Part shown: positions 19,686-30,069 of the stretch, one piece after another
Position numbering within the stretch: the first letter of the stretch is position 1
How the letters are laid out: each line of letters opens with the position of its first letter
Assembly (NCBI GenBank): GCA_963695335.1
Contig: OY968764.1
Span: 992,001 to 1,056,000, forward strand
Reading direction: 5' to 3'
Source: an uncultured bacterium
GTDB taxonomy: Bacteria; Babelota; Babeliae; Babelales; Vermiphilaceae
Length of the DNA stretch: 64,000 nt
The notes under the pieces: model-generated
Told to the model about the DNA's origin: nothing
Database searches by the model: none
The model's input: the letters and a program-made list of their open reading frames with translations, nothing else
Program-made: the position numbers and the translations under genes

Positions 19686-21089
19686 TTAATCAAAGTCGGC
19701 TGTATCCTCAAATTTAGTAAGTTCTCTAATAAAGTTCATATACACCGTTCCTGTTGGCCCATTACGCTGCTTGCCGATAATAAGCTCCGCCAATGCAGGG
19801 TTTTCTGTTTCTGGATTATATACAACATCACGATATAAAAACATAATCACATCAGCATCTTGTTCTATCGCTCCTGATTCTCGCAAATCAGAAAGCATGG
19901 GGCGTTTATCCATACGACTATCAACAGCACGTGAAAGCTGTGATAATGCAATGATTGGAATATTAAGTTCTTTTGCTAATGCTTTAAGTGATCGGGAAAT
20001 ATCAGAAACCTCTTGATGGCGATTTTCATGTTTTTTATTGGAATGTAACAGCTGCAAATAATCTATAACTAAGAATTGTAACCCATGCTCAGCTTTTAAC
20101 TTACGTGCTTTTGCTCGTAAATCCATAATATTAAGCATTGCTGTATCATCAATAAACACTTTCATTTCAGCAAGCTGTGCCGCAACATTCGTTAGATCAA
20201 TCCACTCATCAGATGAGATAGTTGCGTTACGAATATTATGATGACCAATACCAGATTCCGCTGAAAGTAAACGGAGCGTCAGCTGCTCAGCTGACATTTC
20301 AAGGGAAAACACACCAACAGAAAACCCACTGCGTGCTGCCGTTAAAGCAACACCCAAAGCAAGCGCCGTTTTACCCATTGATGGACGTGCTGCAAGCACA
20401 ATAAAATCGCTGTTTTGAAAACCAGAAGTCATTTGATCAAGTTGGGAGAATCCTGAAGGGACACCTGTTATGCCCTTCATATGACTTTTTATATCAGAAA
20501 GATGCTGGAATGTTTTCTTTAACCAGATATCAAGCTGAATAAAACTATTGCTTGATCTTTTGTTGGCAATATTAAAAATAACTTTTTCTGCATCATCAAG
20601 AACAGCATCTATTGAACTCTGATCTTGTGTATAACAGTTAGTAATGATTGTTGCGGCAGAACTAATAAGCTGCCGCAACACTGATTTTTCTTTGATAATA
20701 GTAGCATGTTGAACAATCAAACCAACCGATGGTATATCTTCTTGTAAACTCACCAGATAGATAATACCTCCAGCTGCATCTAACAAATCTTTTTTGGTCA
20801 GTTCGTCTTGAAGTGTAACAATATCAATACGTTTATGTTTCTGACCTAAATCAACAATTGCCTGATAAATAATTTTGTGTGCAGGATTATAGAAATCATC
20901 GGGAACAATAATTTCTGAAACAGTTGTAATGTATTCATCATTCAATAACAATGCTCCCAAAACAGCTCGCTCCGCATCAACATGCGCAGGAAGTGTTTTT
21001 CCCAGAATGCCTTCTACATTCTGTTTTTTTGCTACAACGGAATTATTATTATAATGACTGTTTTTACTCATATATCTATTCAGATACAA
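19686..21089 (-). CDS. dnaB: Replicative DNA helicase
   Basis: AERAVLGALL, AARPSMGKT, IDYLQL, LSQLSR, SDLRESGAIEQDAD, KQRNGP. Confidence 0.97.
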   Translation of the reverse strand: MYLNRYMSKNSHYNNNSVVAKKQNVEGILGKTLPAHVDAERAVLGALLLNDEYITTVSEIIVPDDFYNPAHKIIYQAIVDLGQKHKRIDIVTLQDELTKKDLLDAAGGIIYLVSLQEDIPSVGLIVQHATIIKEKSVLRQLISSAATIITNCYTQDQSSIDAVLDDAEKVIFNIANKRSSNSFIQLDIWLKKTFQHLSDIKSHMKGITGVPSGFSQLDQMTSGFQNSDFIVLAARPSMGKTALALGVALTAARSGFSVGVFSLEMSAEQLTLRLLSAESGIGHHNIRNATISSDEWIDLTNVAAQLAEMKVFIDDTAMLNIMDLRAKARKLKAEHGLQFLVIDYLQLLHSNKKHENRHQEVSDISRSLKALAKELNIPIIALSQLSRAVDSRMDKRPMLSDLRESGAIEQDADVIMFLYRDVVYNPETENPALAELIIGKQRNGPTGTVYMNFIRELTKFEDTADFD

Positions 21090-21519
21090 CGGTTACGGTA
21101 ATGATTGATCTCAATTTTGTTGTTAATTTAATCTCAACTTTAAAAGAGCCTTTTGATTTGATAGATTTATCAAACTCTACTTGGCTTTTATTGATACTGA
21201 TGCCTTTCTCAGCAAGTGCATCAACTACCTCTGAAGCGTTAATGGAACCATAGAGTTGCCCATTATCATGCATTTTGCGTTTAAGAGTAATAGATACAGA
21301 ATTAAGAGTTTCTGCGAACATAGAGGTCTGAGAAGCTATAACCTCTTTACGGTTTTCAACGCTGCGTATTTTGGCAACGTATTGATCTTTATTGTGAAGA
21401 GTAATTTCAACAGCGAGACCTTTTGGAAAAAGAAAATTGCGGGCATAACCATCCCCAACTTTGACAATCTCTCCGGCCATTCCTACTTTTTCAACATTTT
21501 TGCGTAAGAATACTTCCAT
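21076..21519 (-). CDS. rplI: 50S ribosomal protein L9
   Basis: GEIVKVGDGYARNFLFPKGLA and LYGSI; directly upstream of dnaB. Confidence 0.96.
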   Translation of the reverse strand: MEVFLRKNVEKVGMAGEIVKVGDGYARNFLFPKGLAVEITLHNKDQYVAKIRSVENRKEVIASQTSMFAETLNSVSITLKRKMHDNGQLYGSINASEVVDALAEKGISINKSQVEFDKSIKSKGSFKVEIKLTTKLRSIITVTVVSE

Positions 21520-21611
21520 GTTTTGCTCCTTTTGATGATTAATTCAATTTTTTGCATTAATATCGATACTTTCAGTATATCTTAAAAAAAAGAGCTTGAA
21601 AATAAGGGATT

Positions 21612-21758
21612 TTAGCCTTTTTGCTCATAATTTTCCCGTTCTCGGGCTGCCAGCATCAAATAATAACTCGAATGCTGTATTGAATGGACAATGGCGATCA
21701 ATGCAGTCATAATAATAAGAACCATCAAAATGACTGAGCCTGCCCGCGTTTTATTCAT
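21612..21758 (-). CDS. Short PilX/GspK-like pilin-type protein (48 aa)
   Basis: Hand-translated MNKTRAG/SVILMVLIIMTALIAIV...; gaggaag RBS; third gene of a pilin-like trio. Confidence 0.55.
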   Translation of the reverse strand: MNKTRAGSVILMVLIIMTALIAIVHSIQHSSYYLMLAARERENYEQKG

Positions 21759-21779
21759 AACTTCCTCTAATTTTCCAAA

Positions 21780-21849
21780 CCGTTCGCACTGAGCTTGTCG
21801 AAGTGAGCGAATGGATGTTCGTTTCCTTCGACAAGCTCAGGACGAACGG
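21780..21849. repeat. Inverted REP dimer (short variant)
   Basis: ccgttcgcactgagcttgtcgaagtg ... tccttcgacaagctcaggacgaacgg. Confidence 0.9.
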
Positions 21850-21862
21850 GACAGACAAAAGA

Positions 21863-22345
21863 TCATTCATTCATACACTCCTTAACCGCCACAAAGCATA
21901 TAACCGGCTTACTTTGAGCAGCCCTTGGTTCCAGTTTCATTTCTATTCCCACAATGCTGTCGCAAGCTTTTTCAGGAGTAAATGTGACCTGTGCAACCCC
22001 AGAGGCAACAGTACTTGTTGTTTTATGAGCCCACACTCCATTATATACGCCAGTAGTTCTTTTCAGGCAGTGATCGGCAAAAGACCATCCAATATCACAA
22101 TCCTCGCCTTGCCAAATAAGCTCATGAGGGGTAATCAGTTTCCAACTGTTTATACCTGTACGCACATCTCGCACAAAAAGATCTGATGCAACATGCAACG
22201 CCATAATTGATTGCGACTTACGCGCAGATGTTAATGAAGGAATAATAAGAGATACAATAATATGACATAAAAAAAATGTCATAAATGTAAAAAGCATAAG
22301 GTATAACAAAAAGGATAACAGTGAAAAGCCTTTTTTATTATGCAT
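21863..22345 (-). CDS. Prepilin-type (PilW/GspJ-like) protein
   Basis: MHNKKG/FSLL followed by a hydrophobic helix; Glu5 absent. Confidence 0.65.
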   Translation of the reverse strand: MHNKKGFSLLSFLLYLMLFTFMTFFLCHIIVSLIIPSLTSARKSQSIMALHVASDLFVRDVRTGINSWKLITPHELIWQGEDCDIGWSFADHCLKRTTGVYNGVWAHKTTSTVASGVAQVTFTPEKACDSIVGIEMKLEPRAAQSKPVICFVAVKECMNE

Positions 22346-22547
22346 GTATATTTCCGTACTTTTTTACAAAATCTCTTTCTTTTTGATTACGAAGCGTCGA
22401 AATTTTTTCAGCAGAGTTAAGGGCTTTCTGTTGCGTGACTTTAACTTCAATTATATAATGAGTGATAATCAAGATAAAAAAAGTTGATATCGATAAACCA
22501 ATCATAAGCTCAATAAGGAAGAATCCATCTTTAGTATACTTCACCAT
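22338..22547 (-). CDS. Prepilin-type (PilV/GspI-like) protein
   Basis: KDG/FFLIELMIGL class III signal with Glu5. Confidence 0.75.
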   Translation of the reverse strand: MVKYTKDGFFLIELMIGLSISTFFILIITHYIIEVKVTQQKALNSAEKISTLRNQKERDFVKKYGNIHA

Positions 22548-22671
22548 TATATATTCCTGCAGAGAAATGATAGTTTTGAATCAAAAAGTTATGTAAACTA
22601 TACCGACAAAATAAAAATCGATGCAATAGATCATGAGAGTTTAACACAATAAGAATGAGAAGGTATTCATT

Positions 22672-24570
22672 ATGACGTATCGTGTACTATGTTTTAATAT
22701 ATTGATGAGCGTACTTTTCTGCTGCTATTCACCAACAATCATTTCTGCACAAAAAATGATGAATCCCCAACAAATGCAAGATTTTGAAAGGGAACTTGAA
22801 GAAGCAAATCGCGCCATAGAAGAGTATGTTTCAAGTCTTTCCCCTGCAGAACAAGCAGAATTTAACCGCCAAGTTGAAGAAATGTCACGAATGTTTGAAA
22901 ACATGAACGAAGAAGAATTTGAAAAATTTCTTGGTGATATGTTTACAGATGAACCGATGACTGAACCAAATCCATTTACTGAAGTACAACCAGTTGCGCA
23001 AGAAGTTGTTGAAGCAACATCTTTAAATGCAGAAGACAAGAAAAAAGCAGAAACAGCTCTTAAAGTGCTCGATGATATTATCAAACAATCCAATTTATTT
23101 ATGGTTCTTGTTAATAGCTCTCCTGAACTGCCTAACCGCATAACTCGTTGGGGAACCCAAAACACAATCAACAATTGGCAAACAGGTACCAAATGGGATG
23201 GTTTCAAATTAGAGCTTGAATCATTAGTCCAAAAACTGTACAAAGCCCAAGAACAAGATCTCAGTAAAAAATATAAATATCTTTTAGAACTCATCGCGGA
23301 TGAAGCATTGTATAATAATCTTATTCAATTGCAAACATCACTGAATAAACTTGTTCCAACAATTAATCTTCCCGAATTTGGCATTCAAAAATTGAGTGCA
23401 CAATCAAAAAATGCAATCAAAGAAATACTTAATAAATATACTGAAGGCTTTTATTTATTAGGCATTCCAAAAGCTCTTGATGCACTTTTTGAAAAATATG
23501 CTCCAGAAGCAGAAAAAATCAAATCTGCAGAAGAAGCTGCTACTAAAAGAGCACAAGAGTCTGCACGAGGAGTACGCACTCCTGCTTCAGCAGAAACTGT
23601 TGGCGTAGGACAAGAAAGCTTTGGTTATGATTATGGTTATGGTTATCCACAATATTATGGTGGGGATTATGGTTATAATCCTTACGAAAGTTATAGCCCT
23701 TACGGAGATTACGGTAATTCTGATTATGGTTATGGAGCAGAAAATGGCGCGGGTGCTAAAGCTGGTCAAGGTGCTGGTGGATCTGGCGGTAGTAGCCGTA
23801 GTGGTGGTGGTAAAGAAAATAAAGATGATAAAGACAAAGATAAAGATAAAAAAACAGAACCAACAAAAGCCACCCCTCATCTTGAAATTGAAGGCGCTCT
23901 TGCCACAATAAAAACTGATCTGACAGATATCAAAAATGCTCTTGTTGATGAAGAAGGCAAACCAACAAAACTTGAAAAACTTACAAAAACTCTTGAAAGT
24001 TCAGAAGACAATGATCTGGATATTTTCGCTGGTTCAACATTAACAACAACTGTTGATAAAAAATTAGATGCAGTTGCCAAATCTCTTGAAACAATAGATA
24101 AACAAAAATTAAATGCTGCTGATTTATCACATTATCAACGTGAAGTACAAAAAGCGTTTGATAAAAATAAAAAAGAACTTGAACTGTTGCGTGATTCATT
24201 AAAAGTTTTTGGTACAGCAGACGATATTAAAAAAGCACAAGATGCCGCTAAAAAAGCAAACTTGTCTGAAACTGAAAAAGAAAAAATTGTTCCTAATAAA
24301 GATATCAGCAAAGTGTCTGGAACCAAGCGATGGGTATTCTTTGGTGGTAAAGAAACAGAATTACCAGCAGAAGGTAAAGAGAAATTAGAAGAGAATGTTG
24401 GAACTCCTGCATCTTTACTTACCGTTAAAGATAAATTAGATAAACTCTTTGCAGACATGAAGAAATTCATATCTAAAAAAAGTGAAGTTCCTGTAGTGCC
24501 AAGACAAAAAGAAGAAACTCCAAAAGCGCCTGTTCAAGGAGAAGCTACTCTACCTGAAGAAACTGAATAA
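22672..24570 (+). CDS. Secreted hypothetical protein with Tyr/Gly-rich low-complexity linker
   Basis: 632-aa ORF, signal peptide, helical regions, YDYGYGYPQYYGGDYG tract. Confidence 0.75.
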   Translation: MTYRVLCFNILMSVLFCCYSPTIISAQKMMNPQQMQDFERELEEANRAIEEYVSSLSPAEQAEFNRQVEEMSRMFENMNEEEFEKFLGDMFTDEPMTEPNPFTEVQPVAQEVVEATSLNAEDKKKAETALKVLDDIIKQSNLFMVLVNSSPELPNRITRWGTQNTINNWQTGTKWDGFKLELESLVQKLYKAQEQDLSKKYKYLLELIADEALYNNLIQLQTSLNKLVPTINLPEFGIQKLSAQSKNAIKEILNKYTEGFYLLGIPKALDALFEKYAPEAEKIKSAEEAATKRAQESARGVRTPASAETVGVGQESFGYDYGYGYPQYYGGDYGYNPYESYSPYGDYGNSDYGYGAENGAGAKAGQGAGGSGGSSRSGGGKENKDDKDKDKDKKTEPTKATPHLEIEGALATIKTDLTDIKNALVDEEGKPTKLEKLTKTLESSEDNDLDIFAGSTLTTTVDKKLDAVAKSLETIDKQKLNAADLSHYQREVQKAFDKNKKELELLRDSLKVFGTADDIKKAQDAAKKANLSETEKEKIVPNKDISKVSGTKRWVFFGGKETELPAEGKEKLEENVGTPASLLTVKDKLDKLFADMKKFISKKSEVPVVPRQKEETPKAPVQGEATLPEETE

Positions 24571-24584
24571 TATAAAGTTGAGCA

Positions 24585-24622
24585 CATAAGAAAGGGCCTG
24601 CAATTGCAGGCCCTTCTTTTAT
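24585..24622. terminator. Bidirectional terminator; 38-bp direct-repeat partner of 26162-26199
   Basis: aaagggcctgca-at-tgcaggcccttctttt between convergent genes. Confidence 0.8.
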
Positions 24623-24626
24623 ATTT

Positions 24627-24971
24627 TTAGTATCGTTGTCCAAATGTCTGTCCAGCCTGTTGTATCTCTTCAATACTATAAAATCCACGGTGACGTAATA
24701 TATCCAATTTATCCAATTGTGCTTGAAAATTATCCCTGTGCATTTTTGCGTTTTCAATCAGATAAGATTTAGTCTCTGATGGCATTGATTCATTTTTTTG
24801 TGTTGAGTTCATTACGCCTTGCCAATAATCTCTACCCTTAGCGCTTATATCTCTTTGTGTGTTTAAGAAAGACTGCATTCTCTGTTCCTGCGTTTGCATC
24901 CCATTCATTTGACTGAATGTTGCAACGACCAAAATCATACTCAAACTTAATAATAGTTTGATGTTTTTCAT
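24627..24971 (-). CDS. Small secreted hypothetical protein
   Basis: aagggg RBS; signal peptide ending ...QMNG/MQTQE. Confidence 0.7.
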   Translation of the reverse strand: MKNIKLLLSLSMILVVATFSQMNGMQTQEQRMQSFLNTQRDISAKGRDYWQGVMNSTQKNESMPSETKSYLIENAKMHRDNFQAQLDKLDILRHRGFYSIEEIQQAGQTFGQRY

Positions 24972-25040
24972 AAAATACCCCTTCTTTTTGAAATGAATAT
25001 ATTAGATACAGAAAGGCCCACCGAATGCAGGCCTTTTTTG

Positions 25041-25499
25041 CTATTTGGTTTTTATATAAGGAAAAAGAGTTTCAAAAATAGATTGTGCTTCTTTAAGAGC
25101 CTTCTTGTTTTTTACAATTACTACCAGAGTATCATCTCCAGCTATTGTTCCCAAAATGGGAGTATCATCTGCATCACGGGTATCGTAACTAACATATTTT
25201 TGATCTATAAAATAACCTAAACTATTTGCATTACCAGGATGTGTATGAAGAATTATGAGTCCAAATTCTGAGGTTTTCATACTTAATACAACAGGCAAAG
25301 ATGATGAACTAAAATCGATAATTTTATAAACTCCATCAACTTTGGCTATATTTAATTTTTTCAATTTTCTTGAAAGTGTCGCCTGGGGAATATCATATCC
25401 TCGTCGCTTTAATATCTCCTGCAAATCAACCTGCTCCCGCACTGCTTCATTTTGAACTATATTTAAAATATGATTTTCGAGTAATTTTTTTGATCCCAT
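25041..25499 (-). CDS. argR: Arginine repressor
   Basis: Winged-helix QATLSRKLKKL; C-terminal ILGTIAGDDT arginine-binding motif. Confidence 0.92.
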   Translation of the reverse strand: MGSKKLLENHILNIVQNEAVREQVDLQEILKRRGYDIPQATLSRKLKKLNIAKVDGVYKIIDFSSSSLPVVLSMKTSEFGLIILHTHPGNANSLGYFIDQKYVSYDTRDADDTPILGTIAGDDTLVVIVKNKKALKEAQSIFETLFPYIKTK

Positions 25500-25555
25500 A
25501 ATTATCCTAAATATTCATAATTTGATATATATTATGGAAATGTATCCAAAATAGC

Positions 25556-25616
25556 TTGACTTGTCAATTAAACAGTTTATACTGAATTGTGAATACAAAA
25601 TGAGTATATATTCATA
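25556..25616 (+). promoter_or_regulatory. Sigma70-like promoter with downstream ARG-box-like operator
   Basis: TTGACT (25556)-16 bp-TATACT (25578); TGAGTATATATTCA at 25601-25614 versus consensus TGAATwwwwATTCA. Confidence 0.5.
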
Positions 25617-25662
25617 ATTTTTTTAAACGCATTCTCAAACAATACATAAAACAAAGGTTACT

Positions 25663-26166
25663 ATGTACAAACAATTACTCTCTTTACTAATATTTTTTTG
25701 TTTGCAAATATCATGCATGGAAAAGGAATCCAAGTCTGTTTTTGAACAATTAGATAAAGATCGTCTATCCGTTATTACAGGATATTGCAATCTTCAAACA
25801 ATAGGACGATTAAAACAAATTTCTAAGCATCACAACAATATGATCAATATTGATGTGATTTTAAATAATACTACATCAGTTGCGTATTGCGAATTGGGAA
25901 AAAATGAAAAATACGCCGCTTGCACCAAGGCATTAAAACACTATGAACAAGAATATCATACCAACAAAAACCATGCTCAAATATTTAAAAACTTATTAAA
26001 ACATTGTCATCAACGCAGAAAAAAAGAAACACAGGAATTCATAAAATCTCATGGTTTGAGAATGGGACTCTCAAGAAGAGCTCCTTGTAGTCGCTATGAA
26101 TTATGGATAAAAGTTATCAATGAAAACAATCAAGATGAAGCACAATCTATAATATCTAAGTCATAA
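25663..26166 (+). CDS. Secreted protein with F-box-like motif
   Basis: Signal ...LQISC/MEKE; FEQLDKDRLSVITGYCNLQTIGRLKQISKHHN follows F-box spacing. Confidence 0.6.
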   Translation: MYKQLLSLLIFFCLQISCMEKESKSVFEQLDKDRLSVITGYCNLQTIGRLKQISKHHNNMINIDVILNNTTSVAYCELGKNEKYAACTKALKHYEQEYHTNKNHAQIFKNLLKHCHQRRKKETQEFIKSHGLRMGLSRRAPCSRYELWIKVINENNQDEAQSIISKS

Positions 26167-26199
26167 GAAAAGGCCTGCAGTCGCAGGCCCTTCTTTTAT
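26162..26199. terminator. Bidirectional terminator abutting the ileS stop
   Basis: aaaaggcctgc-agtc-gcaggcccttctttt. Confidence 0.8.
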
Positions 26200-29126
26200 C
26201 CGTAAATTATTCTGTGACATCGATTACATAAATCATCAGGATCGCTGCTCAAATCCCACTGCCAACAACGAGGACACTTAACCCCTTGCGCGTGTTCAAC
26301 ACGTGCAAACAGACCTTTTAATTCTGTTTCTTCAAGATTTGTTGCATCTGATGTGATTGTGCATTGCGAAACAATTAAACACTCTTTTAAAAAGCTTTCA
26401 GCGCTTTCACCTTTTACATTCATCATTGCAAAGAAATTGTTTATTGTATCAGCAAAGTCAGCTTGAGGATCAATATATAATGTAATCTGAGCTTCTAATG
26501 AATGCTTAATTAACCCTTTTTCGCGTTGAACTTCAATAGCTTTAAGCAACGCCGAGCGCATATCTTTTAATATCTCCCAAGCATCTTCTTGGCTATGCCT
26601 CAATTCAACTTCTCCCATCTTCTGTGTTGCTGCATAATGTTGACCACGATGATGCAATGGTTGCATATCTTGTGCAGATACACGCTGAGCTAACAACTCC
26701 CAAACATTATGTACAAGAGGAAATTTCTGCAGATGAATTGAATCAGTTTTACCTTTTTGATATTCATCGGAAAGTTGTTCCGCCGTGAATGATAAAATAG
26801 GTGCTATCAATTTAGTCAGTGTATCAAGAATATGTGCACACACTGTTTGCGCAGATCGGCGTTCAAAACCATCTTTCTTTTCTACATACAATCTATCTTT
26901 AACAATATCTAAATAAAATGCACTTAAATTAACTGCGCAGTAACTTCCAAGTAGATGCGACACACGTGTAAAATTATAATTCTCATATGCATGCATAACT
27001 TCCTCATAAATCTCAAAAAGTTCTTGCATCGCATACTGATCAATTGATTTCATTTTTTCTACTACAATTGCATCTTTAGCGATATCAAAATCATTAATAT
27101 TGGAAATAAGAAAGCGGCAGGTGTTGCGAATTTTACGAAACACTTCTTGCACGTTTTTAAGTAATATTTCTGAAACAACTGCGTCACCACTGATTATCAA
27201 TGCTCGCTGCCCACAAACGCAAACCATCTGTACCAAGATGCTCGATCATTTCTTCTGGTGAAACAACATTCCCCAAAGATTTGGACATTTTTCGACCTTG
27301 TTGCATCAACAGTAAACCCATGCGTTACAATTGTTTTCATGCAGGGAGTTTCTTCAATGATCATACTTGTCAGCAAAGAACTTTGAAACCATCCACGATG
27401 TTGATCTTTACCTTCAAGATACATATCTGCAGGATATTGCAACGCAGGATTTTGTTTTAAAACTGCATAATGGCTAATGCCTGAATCAAACCATACATCA
27501 AGAATATCTGTCTCTTTGCGTAAATCCACCAGTTGTGCATGCAGGACATGTTGTAGAAACATTGAGTTCATTCACATGTCACCTTATCCCAATATTCAAT
27601 ACCTTGCTGTGCAACTTTTGTAGCAACTTCATCAATAAATTCTTGATTAATATAGGTATAATCACATGTATTACAAATTAATGCGGTAATTGGCACACCC
27701 CATTCACGCTGCCGAGAAAGACACCACTCCAAACGCCCTTCAATGGTTGCTGCAAAACGGTTATGTGATGCTTCTGGAAGCATGGTAATACTTGAGATAG
27801 CTGCAAGTTGCTTTTTCTTTAAGATCATTTTTTTCTAAATCACAAAACCATTGTTTAGTTGCACGGAAAATTAATCCATTATGACAACGCCAACAATGAG
27901 GATATGAATGCTTGATGCTTGCTTTTAAAAGTAACGTATTGCAATCCATCAGTTTTTGAATGACCCAACCTTGTCCATCCGCAACAGACATTCCAACTAA
28001 TTCCGGAATAGTAATATCTTTGGTATATTTCCCATCAGGACTGATTGGTGAATAAATTTCCAAACCATTTTTTACTCCAACTTCATAATCAATAGGTCCA
28101 ACTCCAGGCGCAGCAATGCACGCATGCAGTACCATCATCAGTCAGTACAGAATCATCAACTAAAACCGGTGTATAAAAATCAGGAATAAATGGATGATGC
28201 AACATATGCATTTAACAAGATCAATTCTTCTGAATTAAATTCTGCAACAATATTATCTGAAATAGTAAGCAATTGAGAAATTGCATCAGCACGCTCTTTA
28301 CCAACAACAATATAATTGTTTTCTGTTTCAAGAATTACATATGTTGTCATTTGGTTTAAGTAAAACCGCTCTATTGAGCGGCAAAGTCCATGGCGTTGTT
28401 GTCCATACTAACAAACTGATTGGTTTATTTTGCAATGTTGGAAACAGTTCTTGAGAAACATCAGATTCTAAGTGTAAACAGCACATACAAAGAAGGATCT
28501 TTACGATCTTGATATTCAATTTCAGCAGATGCAAAAACGGTCTGACATGAAGGGCACCAAGGACGGTTTTATTTTTACGTTCGATATATCCGCGCTCTAC
28601 AAATATCCCAAAAGCATTAAGAGTATGCGCTTCATACCCAGCATCCATGGTCAAATATGGATTATCCCAATCCATTAATACACCAAGTTGCTTAAATTCT
28701 TGTCGTTGCACATCAATCCATTTTTGAGCATATTGCGCGCATGCTTTTTTAAGCGCAGCACCAGTAAAGTTCTGGATTTTCTTTGCTACCTTAAATTCAA
28801 TCGGCAACCCATGGCAATCCCAACCTGGAGTTACTGGCACATGTTTGCCCATCATGCGCTGCGATTTGCAGACAATATCTTTTAAAATTTTATTATAGGC
28901 ATGCCCAATATGAATATGCCCATTGGCATAGGGAGGACCATCATGAAGAATAAATTTTTCTGCACCCTTGTGGGCATTAAAAGAACGTGGTATAAAGATT
29001 TTCATGTTCCCAGCGCTTGAGCATAAGCGCATCATCTTCTTTATGATTGGCACGAATAGGAAAATCGGTATGAGGTAAATTTAGGGTATCTTTAAAACTC
29101 TTTTTCTGATTATTTTGTTCAGCCAT
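26196..29126 (-). pseudogene. ileS: Isoleucine-tRNA ligase broken by many frameshifts (probably sequence errors)
   Basis: [16 protein letters not shown] start; [46 protein letters not shown] in an alternate frame; C-terminal CPRCW..CNRC. Spread over at least five ORF fragments. Confidence 0.93.
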
Positions 29127-29251
29127 AGATATATTCCTCTAAAAATAGATTCTTATATCTAGTGTATTATCTTTTTTAAAAAAAGCCTAAACCAAATAAA
29201 AAAGGGGCTCTTGCGAACCCCTTTGCTTTTCATCTATAAAAGGTACATGTG

Positions 29252-29779
29252 TTAGTTTATCGGCGTACCCTTACCATATTTTGCATAGGTAGCTTGTTTA
29301 ATTGCCGCACGTTTTTGTTCAATTGATTGTGTAGCTGTTTTTTCTAATTCAGCTCTATTTCTTGTTGCAATAGCTTTTGCTTCTGCAAAGATAGCTTCAC
29401 GTTCAGCTGGTGTAAGTCCTGGAGTTGTGTTCACAACTTCTTTAGCTTTTTCCATTATTACTGCTTCTTCTTTATCCGCTTCTTTTTTGGTTTCACCAAG
29501 CAATAAACTCTTCGCTTTATCAAATAGCGGACCTGGTATTAAACTTTTTGCTTTCTCAGCCATAGCAGCCGCATCAATACCAGTTAAATCTTTAATAGTA
29601 CCAAATATTTTATCGGAATTGTCCGACACCAATTGAGCACCTTTTTTAAGTAAATCCATACCATTCTCTTTAAGGAATGATATTGCTGTGTCAAAAAGAC
29701 CCGAAAAACCCGCACATTGCGTGGTTGTCGGCATAGCAGCGGCACAGAATAAACTGAGCGCTAATAATAACTTTTTCAT
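29252..29779 (-). CDS. Secreted helical hypothetical protein
   Basis: aagggg RBS; signal peptide MKKLLLALSLFCAAAMPTTTQC. Confidence 0.75.
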   Translation of the reverse strand: MKKLLLALSLFCAAAMPTTTQCAGFSGLFDTAISFLKENGMDLLKKGAQLVSDNSDKIFGTIKDLTGIDAAAMAEKAKSLIPGPLFDKAKSLLLGETKKEADKEEAVIMEKAKEVVNTTPGLTPAEREAIFAEAKAIATRNRAELEKTATQSIEQKRAAIKQATYAKYGKGTPIN

Positions 29780-30069
29780 AAAAAACCCCTTTTTTTAGGT
29801 ATTATATACTCTTTCTGATTTTATATTAGTCAATTTTTATATAAAAAATCAATATGTTGCTCAAAAAACGATCAATAGTGCAATCTAAAGCGATTGTTGC
29901 AACAATAAAAACACTTGTAAGGATCTTTTAAAAAGGCTTTTTATAAGACTTTTTTTGCGCTACGCAATCCACAATATATCATATTCTTGTTTTTTGGTAT
30001 TTATTTCTAATATAATTAGAGATGATGAATAAAAACATGACAAAAGTAACGATCTGCAAGGATTATAAG

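Noticed and set aside
21803..22186. 127-aa ORF beginning MSEWMFVSFDKLRTNG
   Set aside because: Starts inside a REP and is antisense to a pilin-like gene.
26196..29126. Programmed frameshifting or split ileS
   Set aside because: Too many shifts at heterogeneous sites.
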